This document shows, piece after piece, positions 1-15,796 of a stretch of DNA of 64,000 nt. The translations under genes and the position numbers were made by a program. Source of the stretch: Eledone cirrhosa (lineage: Eukaryota); NCBI GenBank assembly GCA_964016885.1, contig OZ024749.1, positions 33,666,001 to 33,730,000 on the forward strand, written 5' to 3'. Each line of letters starts with the position of its first letter. Position 1 is the first letter of the stretch. Under the pieces are notes generated by a model. That model ran no database searches, was not told the DNA's origin, and saw only the letters and a list, made by a program, of their open reading frames with translations.

Positions 1-39
1 GTAAAAGATCATGTACGATAACAAAACGAAAAGTAATAA

Positions 40-150
40 TGGACCGACGGTGGTTTCGACGATGAGCGCTCCAATTTTTCGATCTACAGAACAGCCTCAT
101 CATTAATATAACGTGTAATTGGCTGAGCATTTCACAGGCATATGTCAGAC
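40..150 (+). mobile_element. Fragment of a dispersed SINE-like repeat (other copies near 4400-4540 and 18550-18660)
   Basis: Shared aacagcctgctcatgaaattaacgt...tggctgagcattccacag-like motif in three places. Confidence 0.55.
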
Positions 151-232
151 TTCATAATAGGAATGCAGTTGTTATTGTTGTTTGCATCTAAGCATGCAGC
201 ATATCTTGTTATCGGTATTTTCCGTTGTATAG

Positions 233-418
233 TTTATCAGACGAATACTGTGTGTGTGTGTGCACAACCACAATGATATGGTCCGAACGTGGAAGAGCCG
301 AACTCCCACTGTCATCGCTTCTATCTCTCTCGCCCTCCCCATCTCTCTGTATGGTAAGCAAATGGGCCTCCCCACAGCCCCGGCGGACAGAATGGAGAAG
401 GCGTTTTCCTGGAGGATG
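233..418 (+). CDS. Candidate internal coding exon of an unidentified gene (FIRRILCVCVHNHNDMVRTWKSRTPTVIASISLALPISLYGKQMGLPTAPADRMEKAFSWRM)
   Basis: GC-richer island, pyrimidine-rich acceptor tttccgttgtatAG at 231-232, open phase-0 frame of 62 codons, donor ATG|GTAAGA at 419. A second donor-like G|GTAAGC lies at 354. No protein family recognised. Confidence 0.4.
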
Positions 419-717
419 GTAAGAGGGATGGAAGCATATATATGTTTATGTACATTGAATATACCAGTGTCTCGCTCTGGATGTTTTAAGCAGTGATCAT
501 GTCACAACTCTCTCAGTAGCTGGTGAAAATGCCAGACACGTGTTTTGGGACTTTTATCCGTCATCGTTGACACTTACTCACTCGTTATTGAGAGAGGAAT
601 AAGCTTAAGCTTTCATGCTTCTTTGCATATAAAACATCGGGTCGGTATGCTATTTACATATAGTGCAAAATAAAACATTTATAAACCATGCTACTGCTAA
701 TTAAGTCCAGTCGGTCA

Positions 718-1330
718 AGTACGTACTATATTCAAATAAGCTCCCCAGCTTATTTTATGGTTCTGTATTCTATAGATCCCGGAAGGATGAATGGGAAAAT
801 TAACCTCGGCAGGATTTGACCCCAGAACATAAAGAGCCAGAATAAATGCCACAAAACATTTTGTCCAACTATATAACGATTCTGCCAATCAACCACCATG
901 TTGACGTAAAATAATAGTTTCTACTTTTGGCACAAGGCCAGCAATTATCCCAGTGCATTACTGGTACTTTATTTTATCAATCCCGTAAGGATGACATGCA
1001 AAGTTAACATTGGCTGAATTTGAACTCGAACCGTAAAGGGCCGTAACTATGCTGCAAAGCATGTTGTTCGACGCTCTACCAATACTGCCCATCCATGTTA
1101 GCGTAAAATAATGGTTTCTGATTTAGGCACAAGGCCAGCAATTTTGGGTGAAGGGAAAGTCGATTAAATCGACCCCAGTACGTGACTGGTACTTTATTTT
1201 ATCGACCCCCGTAAGGATGAAAGGCAAAGCTAACCTCGGCGGGATTTGACCTCAGAACATAAAGAGCCAGAATAATTACCACAAAACATTTTGTCCAACT
1301 ATCTAACGACTCTACCAATCAGCCGCCATT
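718..1330 (-). mobile_element. Three head-to-tail tRNA-derived SINE copies (family S1, Meta/MESC-domain-like)
   Basis: Minus-strand match to the S1 consensus: A-box TGGCAGTATCGG, B-box GAGTTCAAATCC, core GCCTTTCATCCTTACGGGGTCGATAAAATAAAGTACCAG, end GGCCTTGTGCC-AAAGTAGAAAC. Confidence 0.85.
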
Positions 1331-2409
1331 TTGGTGTAAAATAATAAAACAAATCACCTAAAATCAATTTATACGATTGGGAGCAGAATTCCATCTTTGT
1401 AATTACAGCATGGCACAGCGGTCTGTATCTGAACAAACTAATGGAAATCACATACAGTTGTCTATTAGCCAGCTCGATCGTATCACATACCAAGACATGA
1501 TATCTTATCAAATGAAGCCATGAGAAAGTTGGCTAGAGAATTAAAGTTAATATAATACGAATGTTTATGATGTATCGGGTGAGTTCGATTTAATTAAACG
1601 TCTTCCACTTTGACATTTGATTGATTGAATACTCAGCCATACGAAGAAATTGACTTATACGCCGCTCACGGAATATATTAGAAATTTGCCATCGAAGCAG
1701 TACGATGTTATTTACATTTCTTTCAATTTCCCGTGGGAATAAATGAAACGATTTGATAACTAAGGATGAAATTCTTGAAGACTTAATGAACATTACCTAT
1801 TCTTTCCATTTTTTTAATACTATGTATATCGTTGTCCTTTATTTTCTGTTCTGAACGAGTGAAGATGCCATAATGTTAACATCAATTTTACACAACTCTA
1901 GGCGGAGGGTTAGCACAGTCGTTAGAGAGTCGGATAGAATTTTTTTGCGATATTCGTTCCGGCTCAGGGTGTATATATATATCTGTGGAATATTCGGCCA
2001 GTTATATGTTAATTCACTAGTCGGACGTTTAGTAAATCGAATGACTGTATGCTCACCGTCGACACTGACGGAAGATCAACCACATTGTATGTTAAAGTGA
2101 ATTAAAATCTTAGCAGAAGTGTTACTTTGAGATACAAGAAAAGACCACGAAAACTGGTGTTATTTTGTTTTCCTTTTTATTTCATCAAATCTATAAGATC
2201 AATGTTTAATCTGAAATCATACCTCCACAAGTCTTAAAATCTCGCATTTAAAATATCACCGCCAATACTTAGTCACCGCCAGCTGTGTATTGCAAGCTTA
2301 TAAATATGTATGGTAATCTGATAATCTTCAGTCATGACAAATTCTTGTTGATTTTTCCTAAATCTTAATATATTTTAAATTGGTAGACATTATATCTTAG
2401 TGGCAATAC

Positions 2410-3447
2410 ATAAGGCATTGTCTTGTAACAATATTGTGGTGAGGTTACCTCTGCCCTAGCTATACCACAGCACTGTTTTATAACGATATAGAGAAACATC
2501 AATGCTGTGGTGAGATCATATCTGCCCCAGCTATACCACAACACTATCTCGCAACGATATAGAGAAACTATACTATTGTGGTGAGGTCACTAGCTAGACC
2601 ACCGTGCTGTCTAGTAACGATAGATATAGATAAATATCAATGTTGTGTTGAGGTTACCTCTGTTCTAGCTATACCACAACAACATTGTGGTGAGGTCACC
2701 TCTGCCCTAGCTATACCACAGCACTATCTTGTAACAATATAGAGGAACATCAATATTGTGGTGAGGTAACCTGTGCTCTAGCTCTACCACAACAACATTG
2801 TGGTGAGGTCACCTCTGCCCTAGCTATACCACAGCACTGTCTTGTAACAATATAGAGGAACATCAATATTGTGGTGAGGTCACCTCTGCCCTAGCTATAC
2901 CACAGCACTGTCTTGTAACAATATAGAGGAACATCAATATTGTGGTGAGGTAACCTCTGCCCTAGCTATACCACAGCACTGTCTTGTAACAATATAGAGG
3001 AACATCAATATTGTGGTGAGGTCACCTCTGCCCTAGCTATACCACAGCACTGTCTTGTAACAATATAGAGGAACATCAATATTGTGGTGAGGTCACCTCT
3101 GCCCTAGCTATACCACAACAACATTGTGGTGAGGTCACCTCTGCCCTAGCTATACCACAGCACAGTCTTGTAACAATATAGAGGAACATCAATATTGTGG
3201 TGAGGTCACCTCTGCCCTAGCTATACCACAACAACATTGTGGTGAGGTCACCTCTGTCCTAGCTATACCACAGCACTGTCTTGTAACGATATAGGGAAAC
3301 ATCAAGGTTGTGGTGAGGTTACCTCTGCCCTAGCTATACCACAACAACATTGTGGTGAGGTCACCTCTGCCCTAGCTATACCACAGCACAGTCTTGTAAC
3401 AATATAGAGAAACATCAGTATTGTGATAAGATCACCTCTGCCCTAGA
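2410..3447. repeat. Minisatellite with mixed 71-bp and 42-bp units
   Basis: Unit attgtggtgaggtcacctctgccctagctataccaca followed by gcactgtcttgtaacaatatagaggaacatcaat (long) or acaac (short). Confidence 0.95.
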
Positions 3448-5899
3448 AGCTAATAGGTCACAATGTTTAACGTGATATTTGTTGCTGTTGCTGTGACTGA
3501 AGCGATTATTACTGTCGTACCTATTTGTGTAGGATGATTCTTGATTATTAGTGGTAATGTGTAGGATGATTCTTGATTATTTTTTGTAATTAATTAACTT
3601 TACCCACAGCCAGCACTAATGACACCAACGAGTCACATACATATCTCGCCCTCTATTATATTTAATCGTTGTGCGAGATTTTCCATGGTCCAACAATTCT
3701 AATAACAAAAAGAAGAAAAAAACGTTTTTACCACATTTCTGTATTTTTTCCCCCGAGTCAATTGTTTTATGAATAAAAAAACAAACTATAAATCATTTTC
3801 GTGTTGAATGAGAAAATTGAGAATGTTATTCTTGAATGAAAGAGATACAGATCTGTCGCTGTGTTGCAGGAGATAATTCAGATTGTCATTTTCAAGTGAA
3901 GAAGCCATAAATAATATTTGTATTAACGGTGAAATAAAAGGAACCTATAACATCTTCACCAAATTCCTTTTTTCCGCCTCGGTCAATATTTCTGCTATTC
4001 AGTCATAATTCTCTCCGAGTTACACATCTTAAGGCGAGCATAGTTGCACACTTTGTATCCGTATTATTTCTATTTTTCTAACATGTTATCAGTCTGAGCA
4101 TGAATTCAACAAACCGTTATAGCTGTCTAGTTTCTCTGCAAAGGAAATTCAAATGATTTAGATTGCCCTTTCGAAAATGATTGGTTCATTCATTAATTAT
4201 TTTCAGAAGAAGAAAAAGAAAGATGTTTTCATTGTTGCAGCCGTTACAGTAAAACAAATACTGCGAATTTTCAGAGTTGTAAGAATCTCGGATAGAATAC
4301 TTTGCTGTATTTGATTCAGTTCTCTGAATTCTGAGTTCAAATCCTGCCGAGTTATGCGGCTTATTTGCGCAATTGGAAGTGATGTCAGGAAGGAGGAATG
4401 GACTTCTGTCGGTTTTGACTATAAGCGTCCCAGTTGTTCGATTAACGGAACAGCCTGCTCATGAAATTAACGTATAAGTGGCTGAGCATTCCACAGAGAC
4501 ATGTACTCTTAACGTAATATTCAGTATGATTTAGCGAGACAACTTTCCTCGTGCATATCAAGAAGCCTTTAATAATCAAGTACAAATCCTGTCCTTCTCG
4601 CGCAGCTTGACCTCTAGGTCATGTGGAAGAATTTCTACTGACAGGAGTTGGGGAAAAGGCACATACTGGTACCGGAAATACAGTGCTTGCATGGAACATA
4701 TAAGGTTAGAAAGATAGTGAATCTAAGAGAGAGTGAAAACTTTTATTTTAAACTTTCGCAGTCGTACGAGCATACCAACAAATGTAACGAAAGCCTTCGA
4801 GAATAACTCTTGAGGACAAATCCTGTAAGGCGGTCTGACGCTGTTCTCAAATTCGTTATGACAAATTCTACAACGGTACAAGTGTCAAAGAAGCTAAAGG
4901 TGTATCTTTGCCCTTCCCTTGGAAAATATCAGTAGCAAAGGAAATAGCCTTCCATGAAAACATTGCACAAGACAACATCTCAGAGAGAACACTCCAACGT
5001 CGCTCCACAGCGATGACAAACACGGGACGAGTATTCGGTTGGGTTGCATTTAAGTTTTAAAAATTGTCATAATGTAACTTAATTTTAAAATCCTCAGTAT
5101 TTGACTGTGTAGATACAAGTAGTTGGATATATTTCGAGTGCAATAATTTATTCAGGATTTAGTTGTTTCTTTAAGTACATTTTGAGGATTCTAAGAGTGC
5201 TTGAGGGTTTTAAGTCACTGGAATTTTCCTTATTGATTTTCTCGTATGTGATAAAAGAAATTTGCTAAGATATAGATAAGATAAAAGAAACCCGTATCTA
5301 GCGTTTTACTTTCCTTTCTTTTATCTTTCTGCAAACGACTAATTTCAGAAAAGTGTTTGCTAATTGGCTTTTCACGTTGTAAGTGTGTGTATGCATGTTG
5401 CTTGCAGTCATTAATGTGAACTGTGATGTAGAATTGTCGGTATTAGAGTTGTTTATGCTGCTAATTTTAATGTTTTACTGCTTCTTTTAAAGTTTATCTT
5501 GTCTACAAACAGTTGTATCCAAACATTCCTACTTTTGCCTGTAATATTTTATTCCTTTTTCTGCATTTACTGACTGTTTAAGGGTTAGTCTGTCTCGTGG
5601 TTCCAGCGGACGAAATGGAGGATGGTGAGGGTGATGCCATGGAACAGCCACTACAACTCGCGTGGCTCTCTCTCTCTTGTGGATAATCAACTCTGCCTCC
5701 TCGATAGGGGGGGGGAGTAGGGATTGCTCATAATATAAGTGCTTGTGTGTGCGTGGACAAAGGTGGTAGATATATGCAACCTATATCATAGCTACCACAA
5801 ATGAATTGAACCCGGAAAGTGTGTGAGAACGCTTTAGGTTGTGAGCGTGTTGCACAGACACAAATCGCCTCGTGGTCTCAGCCAACATTATGGAGATTG

Positions 5900-6088
5900 T
5901 CGGTGGATTGGCAATATTGGTAGAGTGTTGGATGCCATGCTTTGGCGCATAGAGTTACGGCCCTTGCCATTCTGAGTTCAAATCCCGCCGAGGTTAACTT
6001 TGCCTTTCATCCTTACGGAGTCGATAAAATAAAGTACCAGTAATACACTGAGTAATTGCTGGCCTTGTGCCTAACGTAGAAACAATTA
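5900..6088 (+). mobile_element. SINE S1, near full length
   Basis: ggtggattggcaatattggtagag...gagttcaaatcccgccgaggttaactttgcctttcatcc...ggccttgtgcctaacgtagaaacaattat. Confidence 0.9.
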
Positions 6089-6480
6089 TGGAGATTGTCT
6101 TGCCCCAGAGATGAGGAGAGAAGTTTTTTGCAGTCTAATCTCGTAACTCTAGCTTTTAATGGTAGCAAAGAAATCCCAAAAGAGTAATTAGTGGTGTTAC
6201 AACGGAAGGGGGAGGGGGTAATTTAAATTCTCCCATTTCTAGAGTGTACTTGAACTTTATTAGTATTCAAATGTCCTTTGTTCGGTAAAATAGTTTATTT
6301 GATCGATTGTCTTTAATTGGGTTATGTGTATTAATTCTTACAGTACAGATTAACTGAACCACGCCGGCTTTTCAACAAAAACAGTTTTCAATTATTATAA
6401 TTAATCATCCGTGTTCTCGTTCTTTCTACGTTATATATGTATGTCTGTGAGTGTATGTGTGAATGTATTTGTGTTTATCG

Positions 6481-7283
6481 CTTTCTCTTAATTTCGAGTA
6501 TATTTTTGTCCGGCCACCCTCCTGGTGGCAAGGTTGTAAAAGAAAAGAAATTGTCATCCCTTGAATCGCAAGAATTTTTTGCAAATTTTGAAGGTGCCAG
6601 CTATCGCAGCCATTTTTAGACTATGAATTATGGAGCTGCGCCCTTTGTCCGCAAATCCAAGTTCAGTTATACATTGGTCCAAGAGGGTTGGTATATAACC
6701 CGTAGATCCAATAATGATGGGTATGAAGCTAAAGGTGTATCTTGGATACTGGATTTGTAAACTCCTCATCAATGGTCCGTAGATGTCCTCCTTCTCCTGT
6801 ATTTTTCTGACTACGTTTACATCAAGTGGCAGCTGAACTCCACAACAGAACACGTTTTCAATGTGTGGTCCCAAACAACAATATCAGGCTGGTTGTGCTT
6901 TAATTTGGTGGCAGTTTTTATTTTCAGGTTCCACCAGTATTCTTTAGTGCCATCTGTCTCAATATATTCTTCCTCGTTTGTTTTTAATTTTGTTTTCCGA
7001 AGTGCGTTCCAGATGGTTCTAGCTATCCCATCGTGTCTCATGGGGAGGTAGTAGCGAGATGACATTCTTTCGCAGTTGGCAACAATGTGGCTTACATCCT
7101 CGATCTTTGTTTTACATAGCCTACATTTATTGTCAGCTGATGGCCCTCCTCTTTTGTGCAGCAGATATTTGGTAGGGAGTTCTTGTTCCTGTATTGCATA
7201 GAGATATCCCTCAAGGTGTGATGTCATACACTTGTCGGAACTCCATGCCAGGCTTTTTGAGTGGTTTATCCCATCTATGGTCT
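6481..7283 (-). mobile_element. 5'-truncated non-LTR retrotransposon, R4/Dong-like, restriction-like endonuclease C-terminus, frameshifted
   Basis: CCHC knuckle CRLC-x8-H-x4-C, RHD motif, PDIVVWD...EFSC then (frameshift) PLD...EKEDIY. It has one C fewer than the 26778 copy near 6830. A 3' UTR follows the stop. Confidence 0.9.
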
Positions 7284-7641
7284 GTGTGTGTATGTATGTA
7301 TGTATGTATATATGTAGGTATGTATGTATGTATGTATGTATGTATGTATGCATTTGTGTGTGTATAAGAAGGTGTATGTGTGTGTGTGCTTTTGTGTAAG
7401 TGTATGTGTGGAGTATGTGCATGTATTTATGCGAGTGTGTATGTGTACGTGTAAGTGTGTGTGTATGTGTTTATTTCAGTGCATATATATATATATATGT
7501 GTGTGTGCATGTATTTGTGTGTGTGTTTAAGAAGGTGTATGTGTGTGTATTTGTGTATATGTATGTGTGGAGTATGTGCATGTATTTATGCGTGTGTGTA
7601 TGTGTACGTGTAAGTGTGTGTGTGTGTGTTTATTTGAGTGC

Positions 7642-7682
<41 letters not shown>

Positions 7683-8070
7683 CATGTATTTGTGTGTATG
7701 TGTGTGTAAGAAGGTGTATGTGTATGTATTTGTGTATGTGTATGTGTGGAGTATGTGCATGTATTTATGTGTGTGCGTATATGTGTGTGTGTATATATGT
7801 GTATGTGTATAAATAATGTATGTGTGCATGTATTTGCGTGTGTGTATGTATGACTGTATGTGAATGTATTTCTCTCTCTCTCTCTCTTTATCTCTCTCTC
7901 TCTCTCTCTGTCTGTATCTATGTAAGCCTGTATGTCTATGTATGTATGAAATCATTTGTCCGTGTGTATGTATGTATACATGTATGCATATGTATGTGAG
8001 CATGTATGTTTCTCTTTCTCTCTCTGTGTATGTATGACTTTATGTATATGCGTTTGTCTGTGTATGTAAT
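7284..8070. repeat. Compound (TATG)n/(TG)n microsatellite with larger tandem duplications
   Basis: Repeated aagaaggtgtatgtg...ggagtatgtgcatg blocks. Confidence 0.9.
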
Positions 8071-8235
8071 TATTACATTGTAATTATGCATTCTATATTA
8101 ATTTATTTATCGGGCAATAAAACTCGTTTTGTCATATGATTCTGTGATTAAATCTTTATCGATCGATGTGAAATTTATTATTGATCTCAAATGTCTTTAA
8201 AGCATTGGAGTACAGATAGGTACACCACCACCCAC

Positions 8236-8266
<31 letters not shown>

Positions 8267-8299
8267 CATACATATATATCTATATATGTATATATATAC

Positions 8300-8344
<45 letters not shown>

Positions 8345-8350
8345 CATACC

Positions 8351-8412
<62 letters not shown>

Positions 8413-8450
8413 GTATATATATATTCAATATATATATATATATATATTCA

Positions 8451-8485
<35 letters not shown>

Positions 8486-8515
8486 GTATATATATATATA
8501 TATATATATATTCAG

Positions 8516-8547
<32 letters not shown>

Positions 8548-8563
8548 CAGTATATATATATTT

Positions 8564-8602
<39 letters not shown>

Positions 8603-8740
8603 GTATATATATATATTCAGTATATATATATATATATATATATATATTCAGTATATATATATATATATATATATATTCAGTATATATATATATATATATA
8701 TATATTCAGTATATATATATATATTCAATATATATATATT

Positions 8741-8779
<39 letters not shown>

Positions 8780-8858
8780 GTATATATATATATATATATA
8801 TATATTCAGTATATATATATATATATATTCAGTATATATATATATATATATATATTCA

Positions 8859-8919
<61 letters not shown>

Positions 8920-8948
8920 GTATATATATATATATATATATATATTCA

Positions 8949-9028
<80 letters not shown>
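8236..9028. repeat. (TA)n array punctuated by TTCAG
   Basis: Direct reading. Confidence 0.95.
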
Positions 9029-9031
<3 letters not shown>

Positions 9032-9367
9032 CTCGGAAATTAATTGAAATAATGAGTTCATTATACAATGATGCACCTCATTTTATATATTTTGAGTGTG
9101 AAGGAGGTTAGGGGAGTAGACCTGCAGTGGGTCCTCTGTGTATGAGGTTGTAAGAGAGAATGGTGAGACTATGTTCATATGTATATGAGGTTGGGTGAGG
9201 GAACAGTTACGCCGTGTTCTTAAGACAAAGGCATTCATATTTTTATAATGATAACGTAAATTGCCAAAACCCAATCATTTCATTTGATAGTCTCAAGATA
9301 TTTGCTTTTAATTTGAAAGATAGTTTCTTTTTTGCCTTTGTTCTTTACACACACACAAACACACGCA

Positions 9368-9418
<51 letters not shown>

Positions 9419-9644
9419 ACACACACACACGCACACGCACACGCACACATACACACATACACACATACACAGAAACACACACACTTCACTTGTATTGAAA
9501 ATTACTTTTATTACTGCCTTTATACGAATGTATATGTATGCATATATGTGTGTATGTATTTATGTAAATATGTATACATGTTGTGTGTGTGTGTGCATGT
9601 GTGTATATGTATATATATATGAATATACGTATGCACATGTATAT

Positions 9645-11775
<2,131 letters not shown>

Positions 11776-12263
11776 AATATGCAGGCTTCTACATAACCCG
11801 GACACATTCTCCCAACTTGTAGAAAACTTATAATGAAACAATTGTTTGGAAAGAGAGATATATTTTAATTTTAATTATATCTCAAAATAATAAAATAATA
11901 CAACTGGCTTTCCACAAAATACATATAGTTAGCACCCCAAACATAAAATTGGGATTATACTAAGGTATATCCTAATGTTCGTTGAGTGAGATGGTAGCCA
12001 GTCAGAGTATAGCTTAAGGCTTTCTCTGTTAATGTATTAAATATATCTGTATATATATAAGCAACCTTATAGTGTGGAAATAAGCTGTCTGAAGATTCAT
12101 TTCTTTCCATTGGAAATTCTTTGGATTTCCAATCTTTTGGAATGATGAAACCGTCGGTAACAGCAATAGAACAGGTGATTATATAAATTGTTTTTTAATT
12201 TATTTAGAGAATTGTTTGATAACCGCTTTCTCCGCTATTTTTATATATATATATATATATATA

Positions 12264-12337
<74 letters not shown>

Positions 12338-12415
12338 ATATATATATATATTGTATATAGACATATATACACATATATGTGTGTGAATTTATATATATGT
12401 ATGTATGTGTGTATG

Positions 12416-12479
<64 letters not shown>

Positions 12480-13279
12480 TATAAGTATAGTTGTATGCAT
12501 GAATGTGACCGCTTGACGTTCAAATCCTCTGGAGGTCAACTTTCTGTGTCGTCCTTTTGAAGTCGATAAATAAAGAATCAGTACTGGTGCCGATTCGTCC
12601 CCCTTTCTCTCTGTATATATATATATATATATATCCCTCTCTCTCTTTCTCTGGAGGAAAGCATTGTTGGGGTTGTGAAGTGAACGCTTTCATATTGGCC
12701 TCTTCACATAAACGGTACACAGAGAGAGAACTTAATGAGCCGGTGTAAAGATACCAAATGATTCTATCCGATGCTCTTAACCACTCAGTCTATCTGCTAG
12801 TAATGCGTTAGAAATTATGGCATTTTGCAACGTCCCTTTATTTTCTGAAATTAAATACTATCTGGTCGCCTTGTCCTTCATCGTTCTTGTGTTGATAAAT
12901 CGATATCAAGTATTGCTCATAATACAGAGAGATGATGAGGGCGAGAGAGATGGGGGCGATGACACGGGGAGTTCGGTTCTTCCGTGTTCGGACACTGTAG
13001 GTGTCAAACTGTAGGTTTTATGAAACAATTATACCATAAATTAAATAGGCCTCTGACCACATAAATTGTGTTTATATGTACAAATTGGAATAAATAAAAG
13101 AACGTTTTTCCTTTAATATAAAATTAAAGAAAAGAAAATATATATAAAGGAATGAAGGGGAAAACTCCAAAGTTATTAGTAACGTACTGAGGTCAATTTA
13201 ATCGACTGTTCTCAGATTTCATGAAAATGTGCTAATGCTAGATATAGTTATTTGACTAAATAACATTTTTGCAATCTTT

Positions 13280-13380
13280 TTTTTTTTTTTACTTATCGGC
13301 TTTCAGTATAGATTATAGTTGATAAAAACGCTTTTTATCAACTATAATCTATACTGAAAGTCGATAAGTAAAAAAAAAAA
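13280..13380. repeat. Near-perfect palindrome, 38-bp arms plus T/A tracts, loop CGC
   Basis: acttatcggctttcagtatagattatagttgataaaaa / tttttatcaactataatctatactgaaagtcgataagt. Confidence 0.9.
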
Positions 13381-14661
13381 TAAAAAAAAAAAAAAATTGT
13401 GTTTACGTGAAGATAATTGTTAAAATTGTTCTTTTTGTTTCATATTTTGAAGTATTTTCATTTTTCTGAATATTAAGCAAGAATAAGTGTAAGAATAGGA
13501 TAAGTATAACTGTATTTTTATGGTGATTATTGACTTCTGTGTGTTATGGTATATCTTTGTGTAATAAATAATGGAAAGCTACCGGTGTCATAATACCACA
13601 GAGTCGAATATAAAAATAAGAGACTGCCTGATAGGACTTATGGTGTGAGATCATAAGGTTCCTGGTATGGAAGTGTGACAGGACAGAAAATAAAAAAAAT
13701 ATTAATACGAATTAATATTACATTCAAGTTGAGAACATCACTTGAACAGACAGTAGTATATTTTCATAAAATAAGAAGGTGGGTTAGCAGCATCGGTAGA
13801 GCGTCGGAGAAAATGTTTAGTGTTATTTAGATACGTTCTGAGTTGAAATCCCACTAAAGCCAACTTTGCCTTTCAAGGCCCAGGTTGATAAAATAAAATA
13901 CCAGTCATATATTGCGAGTCAATTTAACCACATATGCATTTCCCAAAATTTGATGGCGATGGCGTAGTCTTTAAATTAGAAATCAATATATTTTCATCAA
14001 GTAAAAGAATGCTGTGACTGTGAAGGCATATTGCCGATCCTAAGATTATGGGTTCAATACCTATACTGGATAATACTTCGTATGCTTGAACAAGGCATTT
14101 CTTTTCCCGTTACTCAAGTTTATTCAGCTGAAAATGAATGCCAGCAATAGAGAGAGGTTAGCCCCACAACCGATTGCCATATTTAATCTCAGTCACTCAA
14201 GGCCCGTGAAAAGGTGATAAATTCCAGGCTTCGAGAAAATGCAGGTAGTGAAAAATGTACGCAAAACCTTGGTTGTAACTAACAGGAATGATTGTAGGTT
14301 TATTGCAAAGCATTGGCACAGAGTCCAAAGAATCTCCTAAGTTATAAGCCGTTGATATATATATATAGAGAGAGATATAATTTTTTTCCGGGATATTTAC
14401 CACTGAGCCAATTTAAATAATAACATATAATAAATCATTTGGAAATGCTGGTATGGAGCCTAAAGGTATATATAAAAATCAAACATCCGAGAGAGATGAC
14501 AAAGAAATAATAAAACGAAAATATTCCCATAAATTTACAGAGAAAAACACAACACTAACGATAATAAGGTTGAATTATCAGCGATTTACGTTTCATTAGT
14601 ATCTAATAACTTGAGATTGTATTACATAGTACAACATATGAAGCACTGAAGGTAATCCTTT

Positions 14662-14696
<35 letters not shown>

Positions 14697-14729
14697 TTGG
14701 TGTATATGTTTATATAGTTATTTATGCTA

Positions 14730-14786
14730 TGCAGCAGCAGCAGCAGCAGTAGTAGTAGCAGTAGTAGCAGTAGTAGTAGTAGTAGC

Positions 14787-14824
<38 letters not shown>

Positions 14825-14972
14825 CAGCAGCAACAGTAGCAGTAGTAGTAGTAGAAGTAGATTTGTTTTAGTATGAAAAATCATTTTGTATATTCGTATT
14901 TGGTTTAGAACCAGCAGCGTGGAATGGAAGAATGAAAAATACTGTCTGAATTAGCCATCCTGAAACATTCAT
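14730..14972 (-). mobile_element. Retro-element 3' end with (CTA)n tail; inverted copy at about 16672-16835
   Basis: About 115 bp shared in opposite orientation, each copy ending in a (TAC)n tract. Confidence 0.7.
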
Positions 14973-14983
14973 TTTATATTTTT

Positions 14984-15033
<50 letters not shown>

Positions 15034-15143
15034 TACACGCTGTTCCCAAAATTTTATACACGCTTCAACAGCATTCTAATAAATATTGCCTGTACAGGTA
15101 ATCAACGTGTGTATACATTTTCTTGGACACACACACACACACA

Positions 15144-15234
<91 letters not shown>

Positions 15235-15235
<1 letters not shown>

Positions 15236-15422
15236 CGAAGGAAAAGTGGTAAGGAACCAGGTGGACCATAACGCACCAAAGTACTCAATACTTAGGGTAG
15301 TAGAGTGGGTAATAGGAGTAAGTAAGACCCCGACGGCTGAGCTCAAGCCGTTTCGACGGCTAATTCTGTACAGAATTAGCCGTCGAAACGGCTTGAGCTC
15401 AGCCGTCGGGGTCTTACTTACT

Positions 15423-15427
<5 letters not shown>
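15235..15427 (-). mobile_element. Fold-back mini-element family A (Penelope-like pLTR derivative), perfect 58-bp-arm palindrome plus tail
   Basis: Palindrome 15312-15427 centred on ctgtacag, ~75-bp unpaired tail, (TA)n on both sides. Confidence 0.75.
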
Positions 15428-15474
<47 letters not shown>

Positions 15475-15486
15475 GACACACACACA

Positions 15487-15556
<70 letters not shown>

Positions 15557-15742
15557 CACACACACATATTTATATATATATATATATATATATTTATATT
15601 TATACACACACACACATTTATATATACATATATTTATATATATATATATATATATATACATATATTTATACACATATTTATATATACATATATTTATACA
15701 CATCTATCCCTCCATACATACATACTTACCTACACACACACA

Positions 15743-15796
<54 letters not shown>

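Noticed and set aside
2410-3447. CRISPR-like look of palindromic repeats with intervening sequence
   Set aside because: Intervening segments are copies of each other rather than unique spacers, there are no cas genes, and the context is eukaryotic.
4545-5045. GC-richer unique segment as a possible exon
   Set aside because: No long open frame or recognisable motif.
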